Assembly: GCA_964016885.1 (NCBI GenBank) | Contig: OZ024747.1 | Span: forward strand, 51,336,001 to 51,400,000 | Direction: 5' to 3' | From: Eledone cirrhosa | Lineage: Eukaryota | Length of the DNA stretch: 64,000 nt | In this document: one piece after another, positions 1-16,775 of the stretch | Layout of the letters: each line of letters opens with the position of its first letter | Numbering within the stretch: the stretch's first letter is position 1 | Translations under genes and position numbers: made by a program | Notes under the pieces: model-generated | The model's database searches: none | Told to the model about the DNA's origin: nothing | Seen by the model: only the letters and a program-made list of their open reading frames with translations

Positions 1-484
1 GTGTTCACCAGACACTGGAATATGTGGATAAAGTGTTAACTTCATTAATTAAGTGACGTGTTTCATAAGTAACATGGTCATCAAAAGGTTTAATCATTGC
101 CTAACGAAATATATCATACATATTGGAATCTATAAGTACTTTCGTCATTGAGTGCACCATCTACGACATTTCTGAGAGCTAGAAAATGTGAATTCAAGAA
201 TGAAAGCATCTAGATAGTTAATATAATATATATAAGAAAACCTATTGTTTGTGTAATATTTTTTGTTTCACATTGTCATACCACCATAACCACTAGACCA
301 ACAAGGAAATATTACCACCACACAACCACCAACACTAGGTCCCAACTACAACACACCCGGTACACCTACATTACCACCACAATACTGCCATTAACACAAA
401 TAGACCATAGCCATAATGCCGCCATTACAATACTAGCACCACCATCACCACCGCTACCACCATACACCACAACCCCCACAAGAA

Positions 485-537
485 CCACCACCACCACCAC
501 CACCACCACCACCACCACCACCACCACCACCACCACT
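485..537. repeat. (ACC)n trinucleotide microsatellite within an ACC/ACA-rich low-complexity tract (about 280-760)
   Basis: Direct reading of accaccacc runs. Confidence 0.9.
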
Positions 538-1462
538 ATCATCACAAGACTATCACTACAATACCTTCACTTCGACTAGAATACCACTACATTACAACCC
601 CTACACCAGCACCACTGTAACAACAACACCATCGTAACGCCACCACTAACAACAGCACACTATCACTTTCAGACTACCACTACTATGCCACCACCACCAC
701 CACCACCACAACAACAACAATCGCCCTCACCACACCAGCACTACAATCTCACCACTAGACCAGCACTTCAATAGCCCCACCGTCGCCTTGTTTTACTCTA
801 TGTTGGTAGCAATGAGGTCAGATTAAACCGCTGCGATTTTTATTTGGCAACTCTTCAAAATTCGGTCAGAGCTAAGTCACTGAGCGGTCAGTAGCTCACA
901 AAAGCCTTTATTCTGCACATGCGTACTTTATATTGCACGAGCACTGGCACACATATACATATGTGTGTATGTTTGAAGGGGGCTGTAAGTATATATATAT
1001 ATACATAAACATACACACTCATGTATATAAATGTAATCACATTTAAATATATGTATTTTTTTTTTTTTTATACGCATAAGTAAACACAGATACGCACGCA
1101 TATATATATATATGTGTGTCTGTATGTGTGCGTGTGCGTGTGCGTGTGCGTGTGCGCGCGCGTTTAAAAGTAAGTTTTGTGTTTATATATATATATATAT
1201 GAATGTGAAGGGAGGGGTGAGAGGAGGAGTGGAAGAGGAGGAGGGAACCCTGTGAGAGGGAGGAATAACATTTTATATTTGTCTGCCCTGTGTGTATTGT
1301 TTCCGTCTGTATGAGCTTGTGCGCATGCGTATGTTTATTTCTTACTGGGGTGTACGTATGTAGGGAGGGCGACATATTTTTGTGTCCTTCCTAGATTTTT
1401 AGTAATGCAAACACAAATTTAGTTGCCCGTTTCCTCTCTCATTCTCCTTTATATATATTTTG

Positions 1463-1540
<78 letters not shown>

Positions 1541-1708
1541 TTACACCCGCACATATATAGGGTGAAATCCTTCGTTCAATTAAGGGTTCTCAATTCAGAT
1601 TGTCTCTGTCAACATAGCCTAGTTTGTCTATTTCTGTGAAACAAAAACACATAGTTACTGTAAAAGCTCTCTGTAAATCATATGCAGACAATACGGTAAC
1701 ACCTTTAA

Positions 1709-2032
1709 TTAATCAGGTTGTGAGTTCGATTCTCGGACCGGTTAAAGCGCTGTGTTCTTGTGGAAGACACTTTATTTCATGTCGCTCCACTTTACTCAGG
1801 CGTAGAGAGGAATAGTGACGTCATTGGTGCCAAGCTGTATCAGGCTTAGCCTTTCCCTTGGACATCATCGGTGGCGTGGAGAGGAGCCTTTCCCTTGGAC
1901 ATCATCGGTTGCGTGGAGAGGGGAGACTGCTATTCTTCCACAAACAACCGTTCCCGGACTCATGCTTCGGAGAACATTCTAGGTGCAAATCCTAAGGCCA
2001 ATTGTGACTGAAGGGGGTCTGTAACCTTTACC
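1709..2032 (+). mobile_element. Degenerate tRNA-derived SINE with an internal 37-bp tandem duplication
   Basis: B-box-like gttcgattc, then tgtgttcttg..aagacactttatttca similar to the SINE at 9828. agcctttcccttggacatcatcggtggcgtggagagg occurs twice (1848-1921). Confidence 0.6.
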
Positions 2033-2760
2033 ATCAAAAAACAACTAAGTTTATTCATTACTTATTTGGTGGAAATAATTCTGTTTGTTGGTAAAAAAAT
2101 ATTTTTATAATATTTAGAATTCGTAAAACACAATTATATGTTAAATAAACAAAAAAGAGAATGAAAAAAATCCGGCGGTATCCTACATACTACACTCGAC
2201 TGCATAGCATCTCAGCAACGTCCCGAAACACCTCAGCATCTTCTGAGCACCATATTTCACCTACAACCCGAAAATTACTACATATTCGATTGGACAACAT
2301 ATTTTATATACACCCTGCAATATTAATACTCACGGCTGGACGGCATAACTCAGTTCTAGTTCTTCGAACAACTGAACAGTCTGTTGATAATGTTAACATA
2401 GAAACGTGTATCATTAAAGTAAACTTTAGAGAGATTCAGCCTGACACAGTGTGTGACAGGGGTCCTCCTTTGAATTACAGCCACAGTCCTTCTTGTATTA
2501 TTGTGTTAAAAGAATAATTATATAAATTATAAAAGATAAAGAAATCAAAATTGGTTTCGCACTAACATAGCGGATACGTGTCACAAAGGGCAATAACCCA
2601 GATCAATTGTTTCTTTCTGTCACCGCTAGAACAAAAGGATGATGATGGTCGTCTAAAAAAATAGCGTAATGAGGCTGTTTTCTTGAAAACGAATCGAATA
2701 TTATTATTATTCGATATAAAACTCATAAGTAAAGAAATCCTTATTGTCTACATACCTGAA

Positions 2761-3417
2761 TATTACACAGACAGATGTAACCTTTACATAATCCTATATA
2801 CCCGAGTATTACACAGACAGATGTAGCCTTTACATAATCCTATATACCCGAGTATTACACAGACAGATGTAGCCTTTACTTCACCCTATATACCCGAGTA
2901 TTACACAGACAGATGTAGCCTTTACTTCACCCTATATACCCGAGTATTACACAGACAGATGTAGCCTTTACTTCACCCTATATATCCGAGTATTACACAG
3001 ACAGATGTAGCCTTTACTTCACCCTATATACCCGAGTATTACACAGACAGATGTAGCCTTTACTTCACCCTATATACCCGAGTATTACACAGACAGATGT
3101 AGCCTTTACTTCACCCTATATACCCGAGTATTACACAGACAGATGTAGCCTTTACTTCACCCTATATACCCGAGTATTACACAGACAGATGTAACCTTTA
3201 CATAATCCTATATACCCGAGTATTACACAGACAGATGTAGCCTTTACTTCACCCTATATACCCGAGTATTACACAGACAGATGTAGCCTTTACTTCACCC
3301 TATATACCTGAATATTACACAGACAGATGTAGCCTTTACTTCATCCTATATACCTAAATATTACACAGACAGGTGTAACCTTTACATAATTCTATACACC
3401 TGAGTATTACACAGACA
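2761..3417. repeat. 46-bp minisatellite, about 14 copies
   Basis: Unit tattacacagacagatgtagcctttacttcaccctatatacccgag repeated head-to-tail with two variants (cataatcc vs cttcaccc) and no spacers. Confidence 0.97.
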
Positions 3418-3484
3418 TATATAATCTTTAAATTCAGTGTAACGCGGTTTGTTACAGACAGGCGCAGTCCATTAAACGGCAATC

Positions 3485-3630
3485 CCATCAGTTTCTGTCA
3501 ACCGAGATTCACTCACGAAGCTTGGGTTGACCCAAAGCTATGGCATATGACTCATTCCAAATAGGTCAAACACAAGAATCGAACCAGACAACTTATGATT
3601 GCAATTAAACTTAGTAACAAATCGGTTATC
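3485..3630 (-). mobile_element. Old, degenerate SINE fragment
   Basis: Resembles from memory a common octopus SINE body (attcactcacgaagcttgggttgacccaaagctat...gaatcgaacc, reverse B box). Heavily diverged. Confidence 0.4.
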
Positions 3631-3807
3631 TTATTCTACAGTATTCCTTCTGGATGATAAATATCCTACGGGTAAATATCTTAGGGTAAACAATTATGCC
3701 CGAGTTATTAGAAAAAGAATAAAAAGAAGAGTTGTAAATCTCTTGTTTCTCTTAACGGTGTGTATGTGTATGTATGTGTGTGAGTATGGGTGTGTACCTA
3801 TGTATAC

Positions 3808-3838
<31 letters not shown>

Positions 3839-3839
3839 C

Positions 3840-3870
<31 letters not shown>

Positions 3871-4029
3871 AACGTGTGTGTTGAACCATCCTCTGTCTTG
3901 ACGACCAGTGTATTAGTTCTTTGAACGACTGAACAGTCAGCTTCTGAAATGTAATTGGAGATGGGATGAGTATTCTAGAGACATGTTCACACTCAGTTTG
4001 TGGCAAGACTGGTCCTTTAGATTACAGAT

Positions 4030-4150
4030 ACAACTCCTTTTGCCAGTTGAATGGACAGGAGTAACATGAAATAAAGTGTGTCTGTTGCTGAAGAATACAA
4101 CGCGTTGCCAAGAACCGAACTGAAGACATTACGATTATGAAGCGAATATA
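4030..4150 (-). mobile_element. Degenerate SINE fragment, same type as 9828-10090
   Basis: tggacaggagtaacatgaaataaagtg...ttgctgaagaatacaacgcg is a diverged reverse complement of gcgtgttgtgtttcttgagcaaatcacttcatttcacgttgctccagt at 9880-9927. Confidence 0.5.
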
Positions 4151-4831
4151 TGAAAGGTGTATAAACGGTGTCAAGGAACTGAAACTTAGATCGTAGATCA
4201 GTCATATCCCACGAATACTTTTTGACGCAAGCTACATCAAATACTTGTAGAAGAAAGTAGCACTTCTTTCAATAGATATCAATATATATTTTTTCTTCCT
4301 CTTCTACTCGTTTCCGTTATTGGACTAAAGCTGAATTTGAACATCGCGATATAAACGATTTAGTACATACTTCAGCTTCGTACCAATTTTATCATTTATC
4401 AAAAATGTTTGAGGAGAAAAGCTCAACAAAAAATGTTTAGGAATACAAGGCAATAATATTGACGCTATCAGATGACCAGTCACTACAGATCAGTGAGAAG
4501 TGTAGGGATCAGAAATTAGGGATGCGGGACTAGATGTCAAATAACAGATCAGAGAGCAGGAACCGAAACTGATCTCGGATGTTCAATATTTACATGTAAG
4601 TCACAATTGTTTACACATACAAATCACACACAGAACTACACACAACTTCACAATCCTACACAACAGATACAGACACACACTTACACACACACACATATAT
4701 AGAGGCGTGGATCTGTTTTTGTTTCTCAGCATTGTCTTTAAGTACACATATAGTGCGTGTATATGCGTGTGTATATGAGTGTCTATAAACGATAGTATGT
4801 ATGAATGTATATATCCAATGCATGTACAGCC

Positions 4832-4908
<77 letters not shown>

Positions 4909-5048
4909 CTACATAGATACATATACATATATATATATATATTATCTACATACATATAGATATGCATATATATATATATATATATATATATAATCTACAT
5001 ACATATACATATGCATATATATATATATAATCTACATACATATACATA

Positions 5049-5106
<58 letters not shown>

Positions 5107-5399
5107 TGATTTTTGGAATGAGACACAGTAAGAACTACTTAACAAACATTCGAACAATGGTAAATATCTTCGAGACGCTTCTACAAGTTCTCACCACCGA
5201 AATTCTAAACCACCAGGAAGTGATCTGTGAAACGACGTGAAATTTCAGCTGCCAAATGGAATGGAACCCGTCACGCCTGAGGCAGAAATAACACTGGTTT
5301 TATAATTCTGTGTCACATGAGTCGACATTTCTGCTGTTGGTAATACACGTGAATTAGCAATACGTGTGTATACACCTGTCTGTCTATATGTGTGCGCGC

Positions 5400-5480
<81 letters not shown>

Positions 5481-6230
5481 TGTGTGTGTGTCTGTGTGTC
5501 TGTGTGTGTGTGTGTGTGATAGAAATTTAGATCGAATTTAGATGGATAGAAATCTTCGCTATTATTTCGATCTTGTTGTTTACAGAAATCGACCCAAAAG
5601 AATATGTTTGAAAATCTGTATCAGAGCTAACTCATGACGGTAGTGTCGTGGAGTGAGTATAAACAAATAAATCATAAGGTGAATAATTAATCAATAAAAT
5701 CTAAGACGTTTAACAATATAACAAAAACGACTTTAAAAGACTTACATTTAAAATACCTGGACCGTTCGCTGGCGATATCTTCACAAATTCCTAATTACAA
5801 GCAATAGAAATTGTTACTAGGTGAATTAGGACTATGAGTCTCCTCAACAGATTGTACTAAGAACAAACAACTGAAAGTCCATGTCATCTTTGTGAGGCAG
5901 CCAAACATAGTGATAATTTTGTATTCTACTTTAAAAATGAAAATAATAACAATAAAGTCAAGTTATTTTACCTATTCATATCATTCTTTTACGATCGTTT
6001 CGGAAGGTTGATCATATTGACATATTGACTGATCTATAGCAGTTATATAATTAATGTCTAATATCAGATTCTGTATCTATGAAATTAACTCAGAGGCACA
6101 TGGAACATTTCTATGGATTTCACTGGATTACTCGCTTTCCGATTACATTGAGTTTTATCTACGGTACTGACTCTACCACGAAGGGTAGGCCTCATTGAAA
6201 CAAAAAATCAAATATATATAAATATATATA

Positions 6231-6387
6231 TGAGAAAGTATGACCCCGAGGGCAGAGCCCAAGCCGCTTCGACGGCTATTTCTGGACTATTACCACTTTA
6301 ATACTCTAAGTATTGAGTACTCTGGTGCGTTATGGTCCATCTGGTTCCTTACCACAATTCCTTCGTTAAATATATATATATATATAT

Positions 6388-6423
<36 letters not shown>

Positions 6424-7040
6424 TATTTTTAATATATATATATATATATATATAGTGGGGGATGTGTGTTTAAATAAGCAAGTAGGACCGTCAAATACAT
6501 AAATCTGAACGTAGATATACCTATAACAAACGCAAATTAATTATCGAATGTCCTATACGTAAATGGTACACTCAGAAAACAAAGCCTACAATAAACAAGA
6601 CATCCAGTGGTTAAGACCATCGGATTCCAAACTAATACACTAAACAAAAACGAAACAAAGCCAATCATGAACTAAATGTCTATGGTAGAACCAAGACATC
6701 CCTTATACTCCCTACCTCAGACATCATCCATATTTACCAACACCTATCCTGCTTTAAATATGAGTGGGGGTGGGGGTTGATTGGTGACAGACTTTTTCAG
6801 GCTGCAGCCGTCATATTACGCAGTCTCCGTATAAGAATAAACATTGAAGAATATCCGTTATTATCTACTGCGACTACAACCCATTGCGTAAATCTACATC
6901 AACCAGACCCATTTTTCCTAACAGATAAAATTATATAAACGCTAGAGCGGTATTCCGCCTGACTAACCAAGATTCCTGCAATTGACTTTAGTCCAAAATA
7001 AACCCTCCCGGAGCCATTTAAATTGCATATACTTATTAAA

Positions 7041-7099
<59 letters not shown>

Positions 7100-7278
7100 T
7101 ATTTTCCGTTGTGTTGTAATATAAGAGAAAGTATGACCCCGACGGCAGAGCCCAAGCCGCTTCGACGGCTATTTCTGGACTATTACCACTCTAATACTCT
7201 AAGTATTGAGTACTCTGGTGCGTTATGGTCCATCTGGTTCCTTACCACAACTCCTTCGTTAAATATATATATACATAT

Positions 7279-7321
<43 letters not shown>

Positions 7322-7392
7322 ACACACACAGATATTTTTAATATATATATATATATATATATAGTGGGGGATGTGTGTTTAAATAAGCAAGT
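6231..7392. repeat. Direct repeat (6231-6483 and about 7124-7392; period about 893 bp) of a short PLE-like element plus adjacent microsatellites
   Basis: gagaaagtatgaccccga...ccttcgttaaa, the following (TA)/(CA) tracts and gtgggggatgtgtgtttaaataagcaagt all occur twice. Homologous to 14610-14808 and 63853-63899. Confidence 0.9.
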
Positions 7393-7491
7393 TATGTAAC
7401 TGTTATGTAACTGTTATGTAACTGTTATGTAACTGTTATAGAAACACGTGTCAATAAATTCCTTTCAACTAAACTATATCCATTCAAATCT

Positions 7492-7545
<54 letters not shown>

Positions 7546-7546
<1 letters not shown>

Positions 7547-7657
7547 AATGATATTAATAAATGGAAACTATATTTATAAAACCATATTTGTTCTATTATA
7601 TATATTTCAAGGTTACCAAAACTTTGTTGAATTACCAACAAATTAAATATCCCTTTG

Positions 7658-7660
<3 letters not shown>
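7546..7660 (-). mobile_element. Truncated, partly inverted copy of the HHR-bearing pLTR family B
   Basis: caatgatattaataaatggaaac...ggttaccaaaactttg matches 50796-50878. It then switches to the reverse complement of 50720-50752. Confidence 0.8.
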
Positions 7661-7698
<38 letters not shown>

Positions 7699-8157
7699 CT
7701 ATCTATATATCAATATCTCTTTCTTTTTCTCCCTCTCACTATATATATATATATGTGTGTGTGTGTGTGCGTGCGTGTGTGTATGTATATAATTATATAC
7801 ACACACGTATATAAATGATGTTTTATTCTATATGTTATTATAATTCATGTTGTTAATTGATAGTCATATGATGATGTCCTATCTGTACGTTATAGGATTA
7901 AAACGACACACGACTGCTCGATATATATACTCATCTTTATGTGTTTATGGTGAACTAAGAAGTAACAATCAAATAGAACATCAATGTCAAATATTTCTAC
8001 CCCAAGTTTTATATCAGAGGAGAGGTGGGGTGGGGATGGGGTGTTTCTTCTTGATTTTGGCATTACAAGAAACCCATAAACCAGAACGTTGATTCTGAAG
8101 ATTTCCAAATAATTTAATTGCGCAGCACGAGGCATAACTGGACATTTTTATGCCCCA

Positions 8158-8212
<55 letters not shown>

Positions 8213-8244
8213 GATACATATAAACATATATATATATATTTATG

Positions 8245-8288
<44 letters not shown>

Positions 8289-8446
8289 GATACATATATA
8301 CATAAATATATATATATAATATATATATATATATTTATGATACATATATACATATATATATATATATATTTATGATACATATATATATATATATATATTT
8401 ATGATACATATATACATACATATATATATATATATATATATTTATG

Positions 8447-8599
<153 letters not shown>

Positions 8600-8770
8600 A
8601 TACACACATACACATATATATATACCCGTATAGCCAACGTCAGAATAAATGAATTAAAAAGTCATAACTTAACTAAAATCCCAGTGACACATGCCACAAA
8701 ATAAAAAAAATTCTCAATTATAAAAAAAAATCATATAACGTTCACAAATAAAAACAATGACGTCCATTAC

Positions 8771-8831
<61 letters not shown>

Positions 8832-9108
8832 TCCCAACTCTTCATATTTAATCATAAATATTCAAAAAATAAAACTATGAATTAAATACCAAATCAAAAT
8901 CAGAAAACAAACAGATATGACGAATTTGATCAAAACATACGACAATGAAATTGATTTTAAAAAATACTAACAAACGTTCTTGTATCAAGGCCAGAAATTA
9001 CATGTAGCCACAATTACCTCCAATTCCTGGTTCAGTGGCGACTTGGCAACTCGTACCTTTATCTATATAGTGTACTTAGTACCTAATATTAATTACTTGA
9101 TTAACAAA

Positions 9109-9293
9109 GGGCGGTGGATTGGCAGTATCGGTAGAGGGTCGGACGCCATGCTTTCCAGCATAGTTACGTCCCTTTACGATCTGAGTTCAAATCCCACCGA
9201 GGTTGACTTTGCCTTTCATCCTTACGGGGTCGATAAAATAAAGTACCAGTAATGCACTGGGTAATTGCTGGCCTTGTGCCTAAAGTAGAAACA
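9109..9293 (+). mobile_element. tRNA-derived SINE (Meta-domain-like body) with a 21-bp target-site duplication
   Basis: A-box-like tggcagtatcgg, B box gttcaaatcc, body gcctttcatccttacggggtcgataaaataaagtaccag. TSD attaattacttgattaacaaa at 9088-9108 and 9294-9314. Confidence 0.9.
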
Positions 9294-9642
9294 ATTAATT
9301 ACTTGATTAACAAACCCCATCAACACACAAGCATCATAATACATAACGTGTCAACTATCCACCAGACAAAGACAAAAATTAACCAGACAACATTCTTCCA
9401 AGAATATCTAGTAATTAAAATTTAGAATTTACAATTACATTAAATAAAAAGAGAAATCAAATCAAAATACGACAGTATTCACAACACAGACTCTATCCAA
9501 CACCTTAAATCCACTAATTACTTCTAATCACAACACAATTCACCATTAAACCATTAAACTCAAGAAATTAAAATTCAGACATAATTAAATTAAATCAATT
9601 AGAATTAGAAATTATATTAAATTAAATTAGAAATTAAATGAC

Positions 9643-9681
<39 letters not shown>

Positions 9682-9788
9682 TTGTGTGTGTGTTTGTGTG
9701 TGTGTTTGTGTGCGTGTGTGCGTGTGTGTGTATGTATGTGTGAGTGTGTTTGTGTGTGTGTATGTTTATATATATATATATGTGTATG

Positions 9789-9827
<39 letters not shown>

Positions 9828-9829
<2 letters not shown>

Positions 9830-10090
9830 TGGAGGCATGTGGCCTAGTGGTAGGGTGTTGGACTTTCGATTCCTGGGTTGCGTGTTGTGTTTCTTGAGCA
9901 AATCACTTCATTTCACGTTGCTCCAGTATACTCAGCTGAAAATGAGTACCAGCAATAGCTGGAGGTTTAAGCCTGCGATGGACTGGCGTCCTGTCCAGGG
10001 GGAGTCTTGTACTCTCAGACGCTTCATGCCATGAAACCTGGATAAGCACCGCCCAAATGAGCCTTCTGGCTTAAGACAGACTTTAGACTT
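9828..10090 (+). mobile_element. tRNA-derived SINE, second family
   Basis: A box tggcctagtgg, body with cttgagcaa..cactt and cctgcgatggactggcgtcctgtccagggg (V-SINE-like motif), tail agactttagactt. Confidence 0.75.
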
Positions 10091-10269
10091 AGATATATAT
10101 ATTCATTGTCTGAGGAACTGGCAACACCTCGGGGAAAGTCCACAGCAACAAGCTAAAAGTAGACAGCTGCAGTTTACCTAATAATGATGCTACTGCTGAT
10201 TATGATGATGCCGTTGATAACATTAATGACGTCGACGACCACGATGGTAATATTGGTAGAAGTCATGGA

Positions 10270-10440
10270 TATCTCCGCAAGATTGGGACAGCGGAGGCCC
10301 ATTTGAGGAAGTAGCCCCGCAGTGGGTGTCGCTGGCCATTGTCCACAGGAATGCTTTTGCGGTCCTGTCCGAGGGGTGCAGACCCATTACCACAGTGCTC
10401 TAGGCCCAGAACCCAATCTGGCCCTCCCCCTCTCCATTCT
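10270..10440 (+). mobile_element. Probable 3' fragment of a CRE-clade non-LTR retrotransposon
   Basis: GC-rich island. One frame reads PQWVSLAIVHRNAFAVLSEG, resembling the CRE C-terminal QRLSLAIQRGNA motif. Confidence 0.45.
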
Positions 10441-10575
10441 TCTGTGACACTATAGCGCTTACCTTTCCTTTTCCTTTACCTTCTTTATATTTTCTTATTT
10501 TACATTCCATTCTTTCTTCTCAATCAATTTTTTTTCTCTTTCCATTAAATTGATTTTCTTGGTTATTTATTGTTT

Positions 10576-10576
<1 letters not shown>

Positions 10577-10646
<70 letters not shown>

Positions 10647-10668
10647 GTTGCTGCTGCTGTTGCTGCTG
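10577..10668. repeat. (GTT)n/(GCT)n microsatellite
   Basis: Direct reading. Confidence 0.95.
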
Positions 10669-10928
10669 TCCAGCGTCTGGCTCTCCTTGACGGTTTCACT
10701 GTTATGGCGACAATGCCTCAGCCAATTTACATTTATGTAAACAGTAACAGCAGATACATGAAACGAGGGAAAGTCCGCTGCTATCACAAACGGGCAAATC
10801 GACCACGTAACTGCATCTCCTCTACTGTCTAGTAATAACAGTATACTTTATCTTTCTTTGGTTCTTTAGTTTGTTTCAATCATCACAGCTCAGGTCATAC
10901 AGGAGCAAACCATTTTTACTATCTCTTT

Positions 10929-10992
<64 letters not shown>

Positions 10993-11469
10993 TCACGACT
11001 GCTGTTTTTCCTTTCAATTTCCCCGAGGCTAGTTTGTGTCTAGCATACACAAAATATATATGAATGATATTTGTTCGAGACTCTTTAAATGTAAGGTAAA
11101 AATAAGACTGAGGAAAACAACGACAAAAACACACACTAGAAACGTCATTGTCTGCATCGATATTAGCTTGAAGGAGGCCATCAGATGACACCAGCGATTG
11201 AAATGTATGCAAAACGACTGGACTGCTTGTGTGACGTTGATCTTTCGGGGTTGATACTACCATACGTTTCATCGCAAAAGCCTGCAGCATAACATGTGTA
11301 AAAAAAAAAAATGTGATCTGCATCATTATATGAAAGAATAAGGCTGTCAAGTGATAAGCGTTTTTCGCTGTGGATGGTTCTATTGCTTACAACCAAAATT
11401 CAAATGCAATATCGAAGGTCATAAGAAACTTAAGTTTTAATGCACTCAGATCTGAGAGATTATATGTAT

Positions 11470-13189
<1,720 letters not shown>

Positions 13190-13190
<1 letters not shown>

Positions 13191-13450
13191 CTTTGGGAGG
13201 TACATGTTGCCAATAAGAAACAAACGCACCAGTTGATTTCACTCTCACTCCAATTTATTATAAATTACATTTATAAATTTAAGAATTTATAAATTTCCGG
13301 TTGTTTGGTTAGTTTCACAACTAGACGATTGTTCATATATTGTCAAAGTTCTTTCGTCACACTTTCTGTGACCTCTTCAGTAACTGGGAATTCTTTTCTT
13401 TGTTTTTGTTCCTCTCCTTTGTTCTGTCCTACGCCATCTTGTTTTTGTGT
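13190..13450 (-). mobile_element. About 260-bp non-coding HHR element (family C, solo pLTR-like) inserted in (TA)n
   Basis: Homologous to 14092-14357 and 30956-31213. Confidence 0.85.
13342..13384 (-). ncRNA. Type I minimal hammerhead ribozyme (family C)
   Basis: Minus strand: GTTA CTGAAGA G GTCACA gaaag TGTGAC GAAA gaac TT/ TGAC. Confidence 0.65.
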
Positions 13451-13502
13451 GTAATTATATATATATATATATTTATAATATTGATATATATATATATATA
13501 AA

Positions 13503-13536
<34 letters not shown>

Positions 13537-13828
13537 TATTTATAGATATATATATATATAAATATTTATAGATATATATATATATAAATATTTATATATA
13601 TATATATATATATATAAATATTTATATATAAATATTTATATATATATATATATATATATAAATATTTATATATAAATATTTATATATATATATATATATA
13701 TATAAATATTTATATATAAATATTTATATATAAATATTTATATATAAATATTTATATATATATATATATAAATATTTATATATAAATATTTATATATATA
13801 TATATATATATAAATATTTATATATAAA

Positions 13829-13872
<44 letters not shown>

Positions 13873-14091
13873 TTTATATATAAATATTTATATATATATA
13901 TATATATATAAATATTTATATATATATATATATATATAAATATTTATATATATATATATATATAAATATTTATATATATATATATATATAAATATTTATA
14001 TATATATATATATATAAATATTTATATATATATATATATATATATAAATATTTATATATATATATATATATAAATATTTATATATATATAT

Positions 14092-14357
14092 TGTTATACT
14101 TTGGGAGGGTCATGTTGCCAATAAGAAACACACGCACCAGTTGCTTTCACTTCAATTTATTATATATTTATAAATTTATTAATTTACAAACTTATAAATT
14201 TCTGGTTGGTTGGTTGGTTGGTTCCACAACCAGATAGTTGTTTATATATAGTCATAGTCCTTTCGTCACACACTCTGTGACCTCTTCAGTGAGTGGGGAT
14301 TCCTTTCTTTATTTCTGTGCCTTTCCTTTCTTCTATCCTACGCCATTTTGTTTCTCT
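14092..14357 (-). mobile_element. Family C HHR element in (TA)n
   Basis: gttatactttgggagggtcatgttgcc...ctacgccattttgtttct, third-copy match at 30956. Confidence 0.88.
14251..14293 (-). ncRNA. Type I minimal hammerhead ribozyme (family C)
   Basis: Minus strand: TCA CTGAAGA G GTCACA gagtg TGTGAC GAAA ggac TA/ TGA. Confidence 0.7.
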
Positions 14358-14373
14358 ATAAATATTTATATAT

Positions 14374-14460
<87 letters not shown>

Positions 14461-14464
<4 letters not shown>

Positions 14465-14600
14465 GTTATTCCGGGTTGAATCGGAGGTAACCACAGTAAG
14501 TAAGGTACTCAATACATTGCAGAGTATAAAAGTTTTAATATAGATGAGATTCTACAGGACTAGAACTGTTTCATTCTTTAGAAATCATCAGGAATCTCTC
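14461..14600 (-). mobile_element. About 140-bp HHR element (family A, pLTR-like) in (TA)n
   Basis: Homologous to 35070-35135 and, in reverse, to 47551-47670. Confidence 0.85.
14546..14598 (-). ncRNA. Type I hammerhead ribozyme (family A)
   Basis: Minus strand: GAGATTC CTGATGA tTTC taaa GAAt GAAA CAG ttctagtc CTG TA/ GAATCTC. 7-bp stem I, intact core, GUA site. Confidence 0.85.
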
Positions 14601-14609
14601 TATATATAT

Positions 14610-14728
14610 ATAGGAACCAGTAAGACCCCGACAGCTGAGCTCAAGCCGTTTCGACGGCTAATTCTGGACTCCAGAATTAGCCGTCGAAACGGCTTGAGCT
14701 CAGCTGTCGGGCTCTTACTGGTTCCTAT
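14610..14728. repeat. Near-perfect palindrome (59-bp arms, 1-nt centre, 1 mismatch) containing the 3' half of an HHR
   Basis: ataggaacc...ctgga c tccag...ggttcctat. The arm contains GAAAC GGC ttgagctca GCT GTC GGG. Confidence 0.95.
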
Positions 14729-14805
14729 TACCCACTCTACTACCTCAAGTATTGAGTACTTTGGTGCGTTATGGTCCACCTGGTTCCTTACCACATTTCC
14801 TTCGT

Positions 14806-16775
<1,970 letters not shown>

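Noticed and set aside
40-90. Minus-strand TTGATGA...GAAACACGTC hammerhead-like motif
   Set aside because: Stems I and II do not pair.
2761-3417. CRISPR-like appearance of the 46-bp repeat
   Set aside because: No unique spacers, no cas genes, and the context is eukaryotic.
9109-9210. tRNA gene suggested by A and B boxes
   Set aside because: No cloverleaf. It is the head of a multi-copy SINE with a TSD.
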